In this document: one piece after another, positions 28,123 to 37,724 of the stretch | Layout of the letters: every line of letters starts with the position of its first letter | Position numbering within the stretch: position 1 is the first letter of the stretch | Assembly (NCBI GenBank): GCA_034104345.1 | Contig: JAXEDY010000015.1 | Coordinates: 2,891 to 66,890, forward strand | DNA from: Christensenellaceae bacterium | GTDB lineage: Bacteria > Bacillota > Clostridia > Christensenellales > Borkfalkiaceae | Length of the DNA stretch: 64,000 nt | Direction of reading: 5' to 3' | The notes under the pieces: generated by a model | Databases searched by the model: none | The model's input: the letters and a program-made list of their open reading frames with translations, nothing else | Told to the model about the DNA's origin: nothing | Translations under genes and position numbers: made by a program

Positions 28123-29595
28123 ATGAAACCTGCAACTTTAAGCGACAGTTTTTTGCAAAGTTTAAGCATTTACGAATTAAGGGTAGTTTTAAAACTGCTT
28201 GGGGGTACGCCGTTAAATAAATCGAGTGCTGCTTTGGTTGAAGAAATAAAAGAAATTCAGAACGGCAAAACTCCGGTTAAAAAAAGCAACCGCGGCAGAA
28301 AACCGAAATATCTTGCTTACGAAAAGGACGGGTTTTGCAAGGGGATAGACAGCACTTCGTTCGAACGCATTAAAAACGCCCTTTTCGGCGAAAGCAACGA
28401 CGGCAAAAAACCTTTTCCGCTTGCTTATGCCGAAATGGAAAAACCCGAATATAAGGGGCGTAAAGCGCCCGCTTTCGCAAACGGAGTTTATGCGCCCGTA
28501 AAGCCTATGGTCTGCTCGCCCGAAGCCGAACCCGAAATCGTTTCGGCGGCGGACGGAGTAGTTGTTACCGAATACGACGTGCCTTATTGCATAAACTACG
28601 ACGCGCGCGTAAAATATCCCGTGTTTTTAATGGAGAAAGACCTTGTTAAGGCTTACGATTTAGAAACGGGCGATCGCATAACGGGCTATGCCCGCAGCAA
28701 AAACGACGGCAGATATACCATTTACGAAGTCGAAAAAATCAACGGCGAACCGCGCGAAAAATTCGTTCGCGGCGCAGCGTTCGATTTAATACCCGTTTCT
28801 TATCCCGAAGAAATTTTTAATCTCGGAGAAAGCGACGATTCGGCTTGCCGTGCGATAGATTTATTTTCGCCGATAGGCAAGGGCGCAAGGGCGGTTATAA
28901 TAGAAGGCTCGCGCAGAAAAGCCGTTGAAATCATCGAAAACATATCGAAAGAACTTGTAAAACAAGCCCACGTTATCTACATGCCGATAGGCGTTGCGCC
29001 CGAAATGATAGGCGCCGCAATCGAAAACATACCCGAAGCCGACATCGTTGCAACCGATTTTTCGCAGGATTTGATTTCGGCTTTAAACCGCGTAAGCGTT
29101 TACGTCGAACGCGCGAAAAGGCTTGTTGAACAGGGCGAAAACGTGGTTATCGTGTTATATTCGCTCGATAAATTATACGAAGCGTTTAAAAACTTTTACG
29201 AAAGCGACGAAACCGCTTTGGATGAATCCAAAAACTTTTTGTGCCGCGCCAAAAAAGTCAAGGGCGGCGGAAGTTTGACTATTATTACCGCAATGTCGAA
29301 AAATCTGCCGGCGGCATTAGCCGCCGAAACCGAACGCGTGTGCAACTGCGTGGTCAGGTTAAGCGACGAAATAGCGTTTTCTCCGCTCGACGGGGTAGAC
29401 GTGTTCGCAAGCGGAACTACCAGAATAAAATCGGTTTTAGGCGCTGAAAAATACAATTCGATCGAAGAACTTCGCAACGAGATTTATCTGAAAAACTCGC
29501 CCGCGGTTTTAAACAAACTGTTTAAACAAATGCGTTCGAACGATTTAATAACCGCCGATTTAGACGCCGCGATTGACTGGGTAAAGAGTAAATAA
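28123..29595 (+). CDS. Rho-like protein with degenerate ATPase motifs
   Basis: Collinear with Rho: a Rho_N-like helix pair, an OB RNA-binding region and a RecA-type domain (SPIGKGARAVII, AKRLVEQGENVVIVLYSLDKL, GGGSLTIITAM). Walker A reads EGSRRKAV and Walker B reads YMPIGVAPE. AGAGGA SD. Confidence 0.8.
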   Translation: MKPATLSDSFLQSLSIYELRVVLKLLGGTPLNKSSAALVEEIKEIQNGKTPVKKSNRGRKPKYLAYEKDGFCKGIDSTSFERIKNALFGESNDGKKPFPLAYAEMEKPEYKGRKAPAFANGVYAPVKPMVCSPEAEPEIVSAADGVVVTEYDVPYCINYDARVKYPVFLMEKDLVKAYDLETGDRITGYARSKNDGRYTIYEVEKINGEPREKFVRGAAFDLIPVSYPEEIFNLGESDDSACRAIDLFSPIGKGARAVIIEGSRRKAVEIIENISKELVKQAHVIYMPIGVAPEMIGAAIENIPEADIVATDFSQDLISALNRVSVYVERAKRLVEQGENVVIVLYSLDKLYEAFKNFYESDETALDESKNFLCRAKKVKGGGSLTIITAMSKNLPAALAAETERVCNCVVRLSDEIAFSPLDGVDVFASGTTRIKSVLGAEKYNSIEELRNEIYLKNSPAVLNKLFKQMRSNDLITADLDAAIDWVKSK

Positions 29596-29626
29596 AGCAA
29601 GGCAAAAATGCCGACGATAGAAAGGC

Positions 29627-29660
29627 GAAAGTGCCGATAACGGGCTTATAGCCGCACTTT
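29627..29660 (+). repeat. Hairpin-repeat family copy R4
   Basis: GAAAGTGCCGATAACGGGCTTATAGCCGCACTTT, with stem AAAGTGC/GCACTTT. Confidence 0.7.
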
Positions 29661-29710
29661 TATCGATTTTCGGGCGTTTTGCCGCCAAACGTAACAAAAT
29701 ATTCTTTTGA

Positions 29711-29741
29711 AAACGAGGGACTTTTAGTCGCTCGTTTTTTT
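29711..29741 (+). terminator. Rho-independent terminator
   Basis: AAACGAGGGACTTTTAGTCGCTCGTTTTTTT. Confidence 0.7.
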
Positions 29742-29867
29742 ATTACGTTTCGGCAAAGGTATGGGCGGTTCGTGTTTTTATCGCGCAACGTAAAAAGCAA
29801 AAATAAATCCGTTTAAATCGCATAAAACAAAAAAATTTTTCGGCTTTTATTTTCTGCTTTTAAATCG

Positions 29868-29896
29868 TTGAAAAAAATCGGGTAACATGGTATAAT
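29868..29896 (+). promoter_or_regulatory. SigA-type promoter of ftsK with about 165-nt leader
   Basis: TTGAAA (29868-29873), 17 nt, TGgTATAAT (TATAAT at 29891-29896). Confidence 0.55.
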
Positions 29897-30067
29897 GTAA
29901 TTTACATTGAATACACCGCATGCGCGCGCATATCGGCGCAAACGTTTCGGGGTTTAAGTTTTGAATTATAAATTCGGATGGCACGTCCGTATTTGGTCAG
30001 ATAAAAATTCGGCAGGAAGTTTAGGTAAGAAGTTCGGTTAAAAAATCGGTTCGGGAGGAAAAGGGTT

Positions 30068-33000
30068 TTGGCAGAACACGAAGAAAAAAAACGTAAACGC
30101 AGTTTGTTGTTTTCGTCTGAAATGACGGGAATGCTTTTGGCATTGTTTTCAATTATTGGGCTTTTATGCCTTATCACGGGAGATTCGGTGTTTTTCACAG
30201 TAGGCGGCGCCGTTCAGAACTTCTTTTTGGGACTGCTCGGCTTTGCGTCGTATCCCGTTTTAATATCGTTTTTATATCTCGGAATAAAGCTCGTGGTGGG
30301 CTTTAAAATGCGCGTTCGTGGGGTAAAACTCGGCGTAACCATGTTTTTCGTGTATCTGCTTCTGGCGGGGCTTATCGTGCAAACGGCTACTACTTACGGC
30401 GAACTCGCAAATAAAATTCCGTTCGGCGAATACTTGGCGTATTGTTATCATCACGACGGCGCTTTTAATCACACGTTCGGCGGTGCGTTTTTCGGACTTA
30501 TCGCATACCCGATTTCGCTGCTACTAACACCCGTGATGGCGGATGTGTTTTATGCGCTCAACATAATCGTAATCACCGTTTTGGTTTTCAGAAAACGCTT
30601 TAAACAGTTCGTTGCCGAAGCGGACGAACGCCGCGAAAGGCGTGCCGACGAACGCGCCGAACGAGAACTTGAAAAAAAGACCAAAGAGTTTGAAAGCGCG
30701 CGCAAAAAGGCTGCGGCACGCGGCGTAAGCGGCTCGGTAGAATACGTTAAGGCGGATAAGCGTTCGAGATATAACGCCGCCGTCGAACGCGGGTATTACC
30801 GCGGCGAACAAACGGCTATAGGCTCGGCCGATCGCTTTGCCGAAAATGGATTCGAGAGTGCGGCGCAAAACCGTAACGACGATATACTGCAGGGGCAAGG
30901 GCGTTCTAGCGGTGCGTCTTCGGCTGAAAATTATCCCCGCGAATTCGACGGGATAGGCGATTCGTATCACGCCGTCGGGCTCGACGGTATTTACGGAAAC
31001 GAAAAATTCAACTTTAAATCCAAGCGCGACGCGCAAAAAACCGACGACAGAGAACGCAGTTTAAAACTTTTATTCGGCGATCAAACATACTACGGCGCAA
31101 ACGGCGGAAATTCTTCAAACGGCATAAACGATTCTTCGCGCGAAGGATATCCCGAAAATGCATGCGGCAACGGCAACTATGCAAACGGCGGTTACCGCGG
31201 CGAATCCGCGCGCGGGTTTTACGACGACAGACCGGGCGAAGTTCGTTCTTCAAAAAGTTATCAAAGCGATTACGACGACGATATGGCGGCAAAACTCGAC
31301 TACATCCGTCGCCCCGTATCGCCCGACTATCGAGAAGGGGCGCGTTCACCCATGGGTAACGACGTGCCCGAATCGATTGCTATACGCAACGCCGACAGAT
31401 TCGAAGACGTAGACGAGTCGATGCCCGACCGCGACGTTTACGTTATAAACGACGGCAAAAACAATTCGAGAGCGGCGGGCGGAATACGTTCGTTCGATTT
31501 GCAAAGCGGCAGAGAACGCGGCGGCAGACTCGGCGATTCGTTTAACTCCGACGAAATTTCGGGGCGTGAACGCGGATATAATTTTTCCGACGGCGGCGAT
31601 TTAAGCGCGCAAAGCCCGCGAAAGGGCGATATGCGAAACGAAAACCCGCGCTCCGAGGAAAATCGCGGCGACGGCGAACAGTCTTCGTTCGAAAGTTTGT
31701 TCGGCGACGAAAAAACCGAAAATACAAATTCCGGCGAACGTTCGAGTATAAACGGGCTTAAACGCGTTAAAGATAATTTTGAAAATTCACGCGAATCTAC
31801 CGGTTTAGGCGGCGACCGCTTATCGGGAGATCGTTTTGGAGACGACGCGGCTGCTGCCGATTATTCGCGCGGAAAGGGCTTTGCCGAAAACGACGTAGCC
31901 GCAAGGCAATTTTCCGATAAGATTTTAAGCAGAGCCGAACAAATGGAAATAGGCGGCTTGGGGACAAACGGCAACGTAGGCGGCGTGGCAGGCAATTCTT
32001 CGGAAAGCGCGACAAACGCTTCGGGCGTAAAGCCGGGGCTTAACATAAGCGACGAACGCAAACTTATAAATCCCATCGACACAATCCCCTTAAATTATCG
32101 CTATCATTTCGCGCCGTATAATCTTATGAACGATTATCGCCCGAACGCAATGGCGATAGCCGAAACCAAGCGCGAACAGGAAAGCCGTAAAAACATAATT
32201 TTACAGGTGCTTTCGAACGCGAAAATCTCGGCGCAGATAGTCGACGTGAAATACGGTCCCGCGCTTACGCGTTTCGAGCTTACGATTCCCGACGACGTTT
32301 CGGTAAAACGCGTTACCGAATTGCAAAAAGATTTCAACTTCCGCATAGCGGCGCACGGCACCATAAGAATAGTGGCGCCTATTCCGGGCACTTCGCGCAT
32401 AGGTATCGAAGTTCCCAACTCGGCGCCGGCAACGGTAGGACTTAAAGAACTCGTAATGGATCAGGGCTTTAAAAATGCCAAAAAATCTTCGCTTACGTTC
32501 TGTTTGGGCAAAGACCTGGTGGGCTCGCCCGTAAACCTTGATCTTTCGAAAATGCCGCACCTTTTGGTGGCGGGCGCAACCGGCACCGGCAAGAGCGTAT
32601 TTCTGAATACGCTTCTTATAAGCCTGATGTATAAATACACGCCCGAAGAGTTGCGAATAGTTCTCGTCGATCCCAAAATCGTAGAATTTTCGCTGTTTAA
32701 AGGCACGCCTAACCTGTTGTTCGACGAAATTATAACCGAAACGCCCAAAGCGTGCGCCATGCTCGACTGGGCGTGCAAAGAAATGGACGACCGCTATCGC
32801 CTGCTTAACGAAAATTTGGTTAAAAACGTAGACGAATACAACTCGTTTATGGCAAGCAAGGGCGGAAAACCGCTTTATAAAATTTTAATAATCATCGACG
32901 AATTCGCCGATTTAATGGCTACTTCGAACGACAAAAAGAATATCGAAAACAAGATAAGCCGAATCGCGGCGAAAGCGCGTGCGGCGGGTATTCACCTTAT

Positions 33001-33622
33001 AATGGCAACCCAGCGCCCGTCGGTCGATATTATGGAAGGTTCGATTAAAACCAACTTCACTTCACGCGTGGCGTTCAAAATGTCGAGCCCCACGGACGCT
33101 CAAGTCATTATGGGCGAAATAGGCGCCGAAAAACTTTTAGGTCGCGGCGACGTTCTGTATCGCACCAGCAACATGATGAGTACCGAGCGTGCGCAAGGCG
33201 CGTTTATCGACACACCCGAAATCGACGCAATCTGCCGATATTTAAAAGAACACAACAAGTGCTATTATAACGAGTTCGCGTTAGACGAAATCAATAAGAA
33301 TATCGAAAAAGAAGAAGCGGCAAACGCCGCTAATGCCACCGACGTTTTGGGTGGAGAAAGCGGCGACAGCAGCAACAAGTCTGACGAAGAAATAGTTAAA
33401 AACGCAATGCGGCTTGCCATAAACAACAACAACATAAGCATTTCGATGATGCAAAGGCGTTTGGGGCTGGGCTATCCGCGCGCAGGCAAAATTATGGATA
33501 TTCTGGTTGACCGCAAATACGTTTCGGATTCGCTTAATTCGCGTAACCGCGAAATAAACATGACCAAAGAAGAATTCGAAACCGTGTTCGGCGAACCTTT
33601 CGACGCTTCGCAAAAACAATAA
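30068..33622 (+). CDS. ftsK: DNA translocase FtsK/SpoIIIE
   Basis: TTG start. N-terminal TM helices and a low-complexity linker of about 500 aa. The motor domain has GATGTGKS and IIIDEFADL. The gamma winged-helix reads MMQRRLGLGYPRAGKIMD. Confidence 0.93.
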   Translation: MAEHEEKKRKRSLLFSSEMTGMLLALFSIIGLLCLITGDSVFFTVGGAVQNFFLGLLGFASYPVLISFLYLGIKLVVGFKMRVRGVKLGVTMFFVYLLLAGLIVQTATTYGELANKIPFGEYLAYCYHHDGAFNHTFGGAFFGLIAYPISLLLTPVMADVFYALNIIVITVLVFRKRFKQFVAEADERRERRADERAERELEKKTKEFESARKKAAARGVSGSVEYVKADKRSRYNAAVERGYYRGEQTAIGSADRFAENGFESAAQNRNDDILQGQGRSSGASSAENYPREFDGIGDSYHAVGLDGIYGNEKFNFKSKRDAQKTDDRERSLKLLFGDQTYYGANGGNSSNGINDSSREGYPENACGNGNYANGGYRGESARGFYDDRPGEVRSSKSYQSDYDDDMAAKLDYIRRPVSPDYREGARSPMGNDVPESIAIRNADRFEDVDESMPDRDVYVINDGKNNSRAAGGIRSFDLQSGRERGGRLGDSFNSDEISGRERGYNFSDGGDLSAQSPRKGDMRNENPRSEENRGDGEQSSFESLFGDEKTENTNSGERSSINGLKRVKDNFENSRESTGLGGDRLSGDRFGDDAAAADYSRGKGFAENDVAARQFSDKILSRAEQMEIGGLGTNGNVGGVAGNSSESATNASGVKPGLNISDERKLINPIDTIPLNYRYHFAPYNLMNDYRPNAMAIAETKREQESRKNIILQVLSNAKISAQIVDVKYGPALTRFELTIPDDVSVKRVTELQKDFNFRIAAHGTIRIVAPIPGTSRIGIEVPNSAPATVGLKELVMDQGFKNAKKSSLTFCLGKDLVGSPVNLDLSKMPHLLVAGATGTGKSVFLNTLLISLMYKYTPEELRIVLVDPKIVEFSLFKGTPNLLFDEIITETPKACAMLDWACKEMDDRYRLLNENLVKNVDEYNSFMASKGGKPLYKILIIIDEFADLMATSNDKKNIENKISRIAAKARAAGIHLIMATQRPSVDIMEGSIKTNFTSRVAFKMSSPTDAQVIMGEIGAEKLLGRGDVLYRTSNMMSTERAQGAFIDTPEIDAICRYLKEHNKCYYNEFALDEINKNIEKEEAANAANATDVLGGESGDSSNKSDEEIVKNAMRLAINNNNISISMMQRRLGLGYPRAGKIMDILVDRKYVSDSLNSRNREINMTKEEFETVFGEPFDASQKQ

Positions 33623-33700
33623 CGATTTTCGTAAAAACGAAAGGGATAAAACGCTTTAAAAAACGACAATCGGCGTTTTTTAAAGCACGGAGAAAAACTA

Positions 33701-35020
33701 ATGACGCAAAAAAAGACTCTCGGCGTAATATCGCTGGGGTGCGACAAAAACAGGGTAGACAGCGAAAAACTTATCGGCTCGGTTTTCGGCGATTTTACCG
33801 TTACCAACGATATAGAGAACGCGCAGATAATTTTGATAAACTCGTGCGCCTTTTTAGAAAGCGCGCGCAAAGAAGCCATCGATACGGCGATCGAGTGTGC
33901 CGCATATAAAAAGACGGGAAAACTCGAAAAACTTATAATGAGCGGCTGTCTGCCCCAAAAATTCATCGGCGAACTTTTTAAGCCTTTAACCGAAGTCGAC
34001 GGGTTTTTAGGCACGCTCGATTACGATTTGTTCAAGCAGACCGTTGCCGAATGTTATAAAGGCAAGCGCGTAAACAACGTGGGCAAGGGCAAAGGGCTTA
34101 AATCCGAAGCGCGCACGCTTACCACACCCGATTATTACGCGTATTTGAAAATTGCCGACGGATGCAACAACAAATGCACCTATTGCTTAATTCCTTCTAT
34201 CCGCGGCAAATACGTTTCGGAACCTATCGAAAAACTAATTAAAGAAGCCGAAAATTTAGGCGACGTAAACGAACTTATTTTAGTCGCGCAGGACGTAACC
34301 CGTTACGGCGAAGACCTTTACGGCAAACCCGAAATCGTAGAACTTATAAAACGGCTTTCCGCGCTTGAAAACGTTAAGGGCATAAGGCTTTTATATTGCT
34401 ATCCCGATATGCTTACGGACGAACTTATAAACGAAATCGCACGGAACGAAAAGGTTATAAAATATATCGACATTCCGCTTCAACACGCTTCGGGCGGCGT
34501 TTTAAAGCGCATGAACCGCCGCGGCAATCACGAAAAATATCTTGCCTTAATCGAAAAACTTAAAAAAGAAATAAAGGGCGTTGCCGTTCGTTCTACGTTT
34601 ATTGCGGGCTTTCCCGGCGAAACCGACGAAGATTTCAACGTATTATGCGAATTTTTAAAATCGGCAAAACTGTTCAACGCGGGCTTTTTCGCCTATTCGC
34701 GCGAACTCGGCACACCCGCTTATAAACTGCCTGATCAGATACCCGAAAAGGTAAAACGCCAAAGGGTAAAGGCGCTTTACGGTGTGCAGAAGGAAGTTTC
34801 GAAGCAGAATCTGGCGGCTTTTAAGGGCGAAGTTTTGCCCGTTGTGTGCGAAGGTATCGATTACGACAAGCAATGTTTTTACGGCAGAGCGTATTTTCAG
34901 GCGCCCGAAATCGACGGAAAAGTGTTTTTTAAGTCTGCCGATTCCGTATCCGAAGGCGAAACGTATAACGTAAAAATTACCCGCACCGGCGTTTACGATT
35001 TGTTCGGAAAAACCGTTTGA
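33701..35020 (+). CDS. rimO: Ribosomal protein S12 methylthiotransferase (MiaB/RimO family)
   Basis: Contains SLGCDKNRVDSE, the radical-SAM motif CNNKCTYC and a C-terminal TRAM domain. The gene sits upstream of pgsA. Confidence 0.88.
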   Translation: MTQKKTLGVISLGCDKNRVDSEKLIGSVFGDFTVTNDIENAQIILINSCAFLESARKEAIDTAIECAAYKKTGKLEKLIMSGCLPQKFIGELFKPLTEVDGFLGTLDYDLFKQTVAECYKGKRVNNVGKGKGLKSEARTLTTPDYYAYLKIADGCNNKCTYCLIPSIRGKYVSEPIEKLIKEAENLGDVNELILVAQDVTRYGEDLYGKPEIVELIKRLSALENVKGIRLLYCYPDMLTDELINEIARNEKVIKYIDIPLQHASGGVLKRMNRRGNHEKYLALIEKLKKEIKGVAVRSTFIAGFPGETDEDFNVLCEFLKSAKLFNAGFFAYSRELGTPAYKLPDQIPEKVKRQRVKALYGVQKEVSKQNLAAFKGEVLPVVCEGIDYDKQCFYGRAYFQAPEIDGKVFFKSADSVSEGETYNVKITRTGVYDLFGKTV

Positions 35021-35133
35021 AAGTTTTCGCTTTTTTTTGCATTGATTTAAATTATTTACAACGCCTGTTTTTAATTTAAAGGCCTGCTACCGCGATAACG
35101 GTCGGCAATGCTGACGAAATAAGGATAAAAAAT

Positions 35134-35730
35134 ATGAATTTACCTAACAAAATAACGATAAGCCGCATTGCGCTTATCCCCGTGTTTATCGCGCTTTATT
35201 ATATAACGGCGATAAACCGCAACTTTTTATACGCCGCAATAGTTTTTTGCGTTGCCGCGTTCACCGATTTTTTAGACGGCTATATCGCCCGCAAATATAA
35301 CTTGGTTACCGATTTCGGCAAGTTTTTAGATCCTATCGCCGATAAAGTGCTTGTTCTGGCGGCGTTTTCGCTTATGCTCACAAACGTTGGCGGCGGCGTT
35401 TTGCCCCCGATAACGGGAGGCGTAGGCGTTTCGATAATTTTAGCGCGCGAATTTATAGTTGCAAGTTTTAGAATGGTGGCGGCAAGCAAAAGCGTGGTTA
35501 TCGCCGCCGATAAACTTGGAAAAATAAAAACCGTAACGCAAGATTTGTCGGTCGTTTTTCTGCTCGTCGGCAAGGCGTTCGAAACACCGGAATATAAACC
35601 GTTCGGCGCAAATTTCGACGCGTTTACGATTATTTATTATATCGGTTACGCCTTATTTGTGCTTTGCGTGATTTTTACCGTTATTTCGGGCGTATCTTAC
35701 GTTTATAAAAACCGCGCGGTGCTTAAATAA
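35134..35730 (+). CDS. pgsA: CDP-diacylglycerol--glycerol-3-phosphate 3-phosphatidyltransferase
   Basis: CDP-alcohol phosphatidyltransferase motif DFLDGYIARKYNLVTDFGKFLDPIADK. Confidence 0.93.
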   Translation: MNLPNKITISRIALIPVFIALYYITAINRNFLYAAIVFCVAAFTDFLDGYIARKYNLVTDFGKFLDPIADKVLVLAAFSLMLTNVGGGVLPPITGGVGVSIILAREFIVASFRMVAASKSVVIAADKLGKIKTVTQDLSVVFLLVGKAFETPEYKPFGANFDAFTIIYYIGYALFVLCVIFTVISGVSYVYKNRAVLK

Positions 35731-35773
35731 TTTGCCGCTTGCAGGCGGCTGAAAGGCTTAAAAAGGCTTAATT

Positions 35774-36484
35774 ATGTTCGAATCTTACGAAAATAAAATT
35801 ATTTTTAAAATGTTCGCTCTGCCTATTAGCGCATGCGAAAAAGCCGCCGAAACGGTAAACAAAATCGACGGGTTAACCCTTGAATTCGAAGAAAATCACG
35901 GCGATGTAAGGGTTGCGCTTTGCTATTCGGACGAAGCGCCCAAAACCAAAGTCGATCAGGCGGTTAAGTTTATCGTAACTACTTACGGAGATTATATTTA
36001 TTCGACGCAGGATATATCCTTGCAAAAATGCGCGGTAGACTATTTAAAAGTGCGCAACTTAACCCTTTGCACCGCCGAATCGTTCACGGGCGGAGCGCTT
36101 GCGCGGGCTATCGTTTCGGTAGAAGGGGCAAGCAAGGTGTTTTATCAGGGGCTTGTAACTTATTCGCCCAAAGCAAAAGAAAAAATGCTCGGCGTTTCGC
36201 CTTCTACAATCTCGCTTAAAAGCGTGGTTTCAAGCGAAGTTGCGTTCGAAATGGCGCGCGGACTTTTGCAAAGCGGAGATTGCAACGTGGCGGCGACCAC
36301 TACCGGCTATGCGTCGGACAGCGGAAATCCCAACGAACCGTGTGGGCTTTGTTATATTGCGGCGGGTATGGGTTCTAACGTTAACGTGTGCCGCTATCGC
36401 TTTTCGGGCAGCCGCGAAGATATTATGGAACAGGGCAAAAACGCCGCGCTTTTTATGATTATAAAACTTATATCCAAATCGTAA
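35774..36484 (+). CDS. cinA: CinA-family protein (PncC-type nicotinamide-nucleotide amidase domain, no MoCF domain)
   Basis: Contains LCTAESFTGGALA and GLCYIA. Occupies the pgsA-cinA-recA position. Confidence 0.85.
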   Translation: MFESYENKIIFKMFALPISACEKAAETVNKIDGLTLEFEENHGDVRVALCYSDEAPKTKVDQAVKFIVTTYGDYIYSTQDISLQKCAVDYLKVRNLTLCTAESFTGGALARAIVSVEGASKVFYQGLVTYSPKAKEKMLGVSPSTISLKSVVSSEVAFEMARGLLQSGDCNVAATTTGYASDSGNPNEPCGLCYIAAGMGSNVNVCRYRFSGSREDIMEQGKNAALFMIIKLISKS

Positions 36485-36530
36485 AATCCGCATAAAAGTA
36501 GTTGACTGTTCGAAAAAAATCATTTTCCCT

Positions 36531-36564
36531 AAAACGTAGGGGAGGCCATCGGTCTCCCGCAGGT
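36531..36564 (+). repeat. 34-nt repeat AAAACGTAGGGGAGgCCATCGgTcTCCcGCAgGT (copy B) in the recA leader
   Basis: Matches copy A at 9613-9646. Contains the hairpin GGAGGCC/GGTCTCC preceded by GTAG. Confidence 0.6.
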
Positions 36565-36607
36565 AACAAAACAAAAAAAAATAAAAATTATTATAAAGGA
36601 AACTATT

Positions 36608-37633
36608 ATGGACGACAAGAAAAAAGCGTTAGAGCAGGTGCTTTCGCAAATCGAAAAGCAATACGGTAAGGGTGCTATTATGCGCTTGGGCGAAGACGCG
36701 CGCGAAATGACGGTAGACGTTATCCCTACGGGGTGTCTGGCGCTTGACATCGCGCTGGGCTGCGGCGGCGTTCCGCGCGGAAGAATCATCGAAATTTACG
36801 GTCCCGAATCTTCGGGCAAAACGACCGTTACTCTTCACATTATCGCGCAAACCCAAAAAATGGGCGGAATCGCCGCGTTTATCGACGCAGAACACGCGCT
36901 CGATCCCGCGTATGCGGCTAATTTAGGCGTAGATTTAGATAACCTTTACGTTTCGCAACCCGATACCGGCGAACAGGCGCTCGATATTACCGACAGTCTG
37001 GTTCGAAGCGGCGCGGTCGATCTTATCGTAGTAGACAGCGTTGCCGCGCTTACCCCCAAAGCCGAAATCGAAGGTGATATGGGCGATCAGCACGTCGGGC
37101 TTCAGGCGCGCCTTATGTCGCAGGCTTTGCGTAAACTTACGGCTATCACCAACAAATCGAAAACGTGCGTGGTTTTTATTAACCAACTGCGCGAAAAAGT
37201 GGGCGTTATGTTCGGCAACCCCGAAACCACACCCGGCGGCAAGGCGCTTAAATTCTATTCGAGCGTTCGTCTCGATATAAGAAAAACCGACGCGTTAAAG
37301 GATACCGAGGGCGTTTACGGCAACCGCACCAAGGTTAAAGTCGTTAAAAACAAACTTGCACCCCCCTTCAAAACAGCCGAATTCGATATGATTTACGGAA
37401 AAGGCATTTCACAGGAAGGCTGTCTGCTGGATATAGGCGTAGAGAAAGGGCTTATCGAAAAAAGCGGAAGCTGGTTCTCGTATAACGGCGATAAATTTGC
37501 ACAGGGCAGAGAAAAGGCTAAAGATTATATAGCAAGCAATTCCGAATTTGCAAAAGAACTCGAAACAAAAATTCGCGAAATCTGCTTTAAACCCGCCGAA
37601 AAAGAAGAAAAATCCGAACCCGCCGCAGAATAA
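36608..37633 (+). CDS. recA: Recombinase RecA
   Basis: Contains [18 protein letters not shown] and the L1/L2 loop motifs. 341 aa. Confidence 0.98.
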   Translation: MDDKKKALEQVLSQIEKQYGKGAIMRLGEDAREMTVDVIPTGCLALDIALGCGGVPRGRIIEIYGPESSGKTTVTLHIIAQTQKMGGIAAFIDAEHALDPAYAANLGVDLDNLYVSQPDTGEQALDITDSLVRSGAVDLIVVDSVAALTPKAEIEGDMGDQHVGLQARLMSQALRKLTAITNKSKTCVVFINQLREKVGVMFGNPETTPGGKALKFYSSVRLDIRKTDALKDTEGVYGNRTKVKVVKNKLAPPFKTAEFDMIYGKGISQEGCLLDIGVEKGLIEKSGSWFSYNGDKFAQGREKAKDYIASNSEFAKELETKIREICFKPAEKEEKSEPAAE

Positions 37634-37724
37634 TTTATTAAATTTTTCAAAAGGCGGCGGTTATAAGCCGCAAAAGCAAACAAGCATATAATAGTTACAG
37701 CATAAATTTCAGCATAAGGAAAAA

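Noticed and set aside
36485-36607. LexA (Cheo) box upstream of recA
   Set aside because: Only a GTTCG half-site is present, at about 36508. There is no GAAC-N4-GTTC palindrome, so I cannot support an SOS operator from sequence alone.
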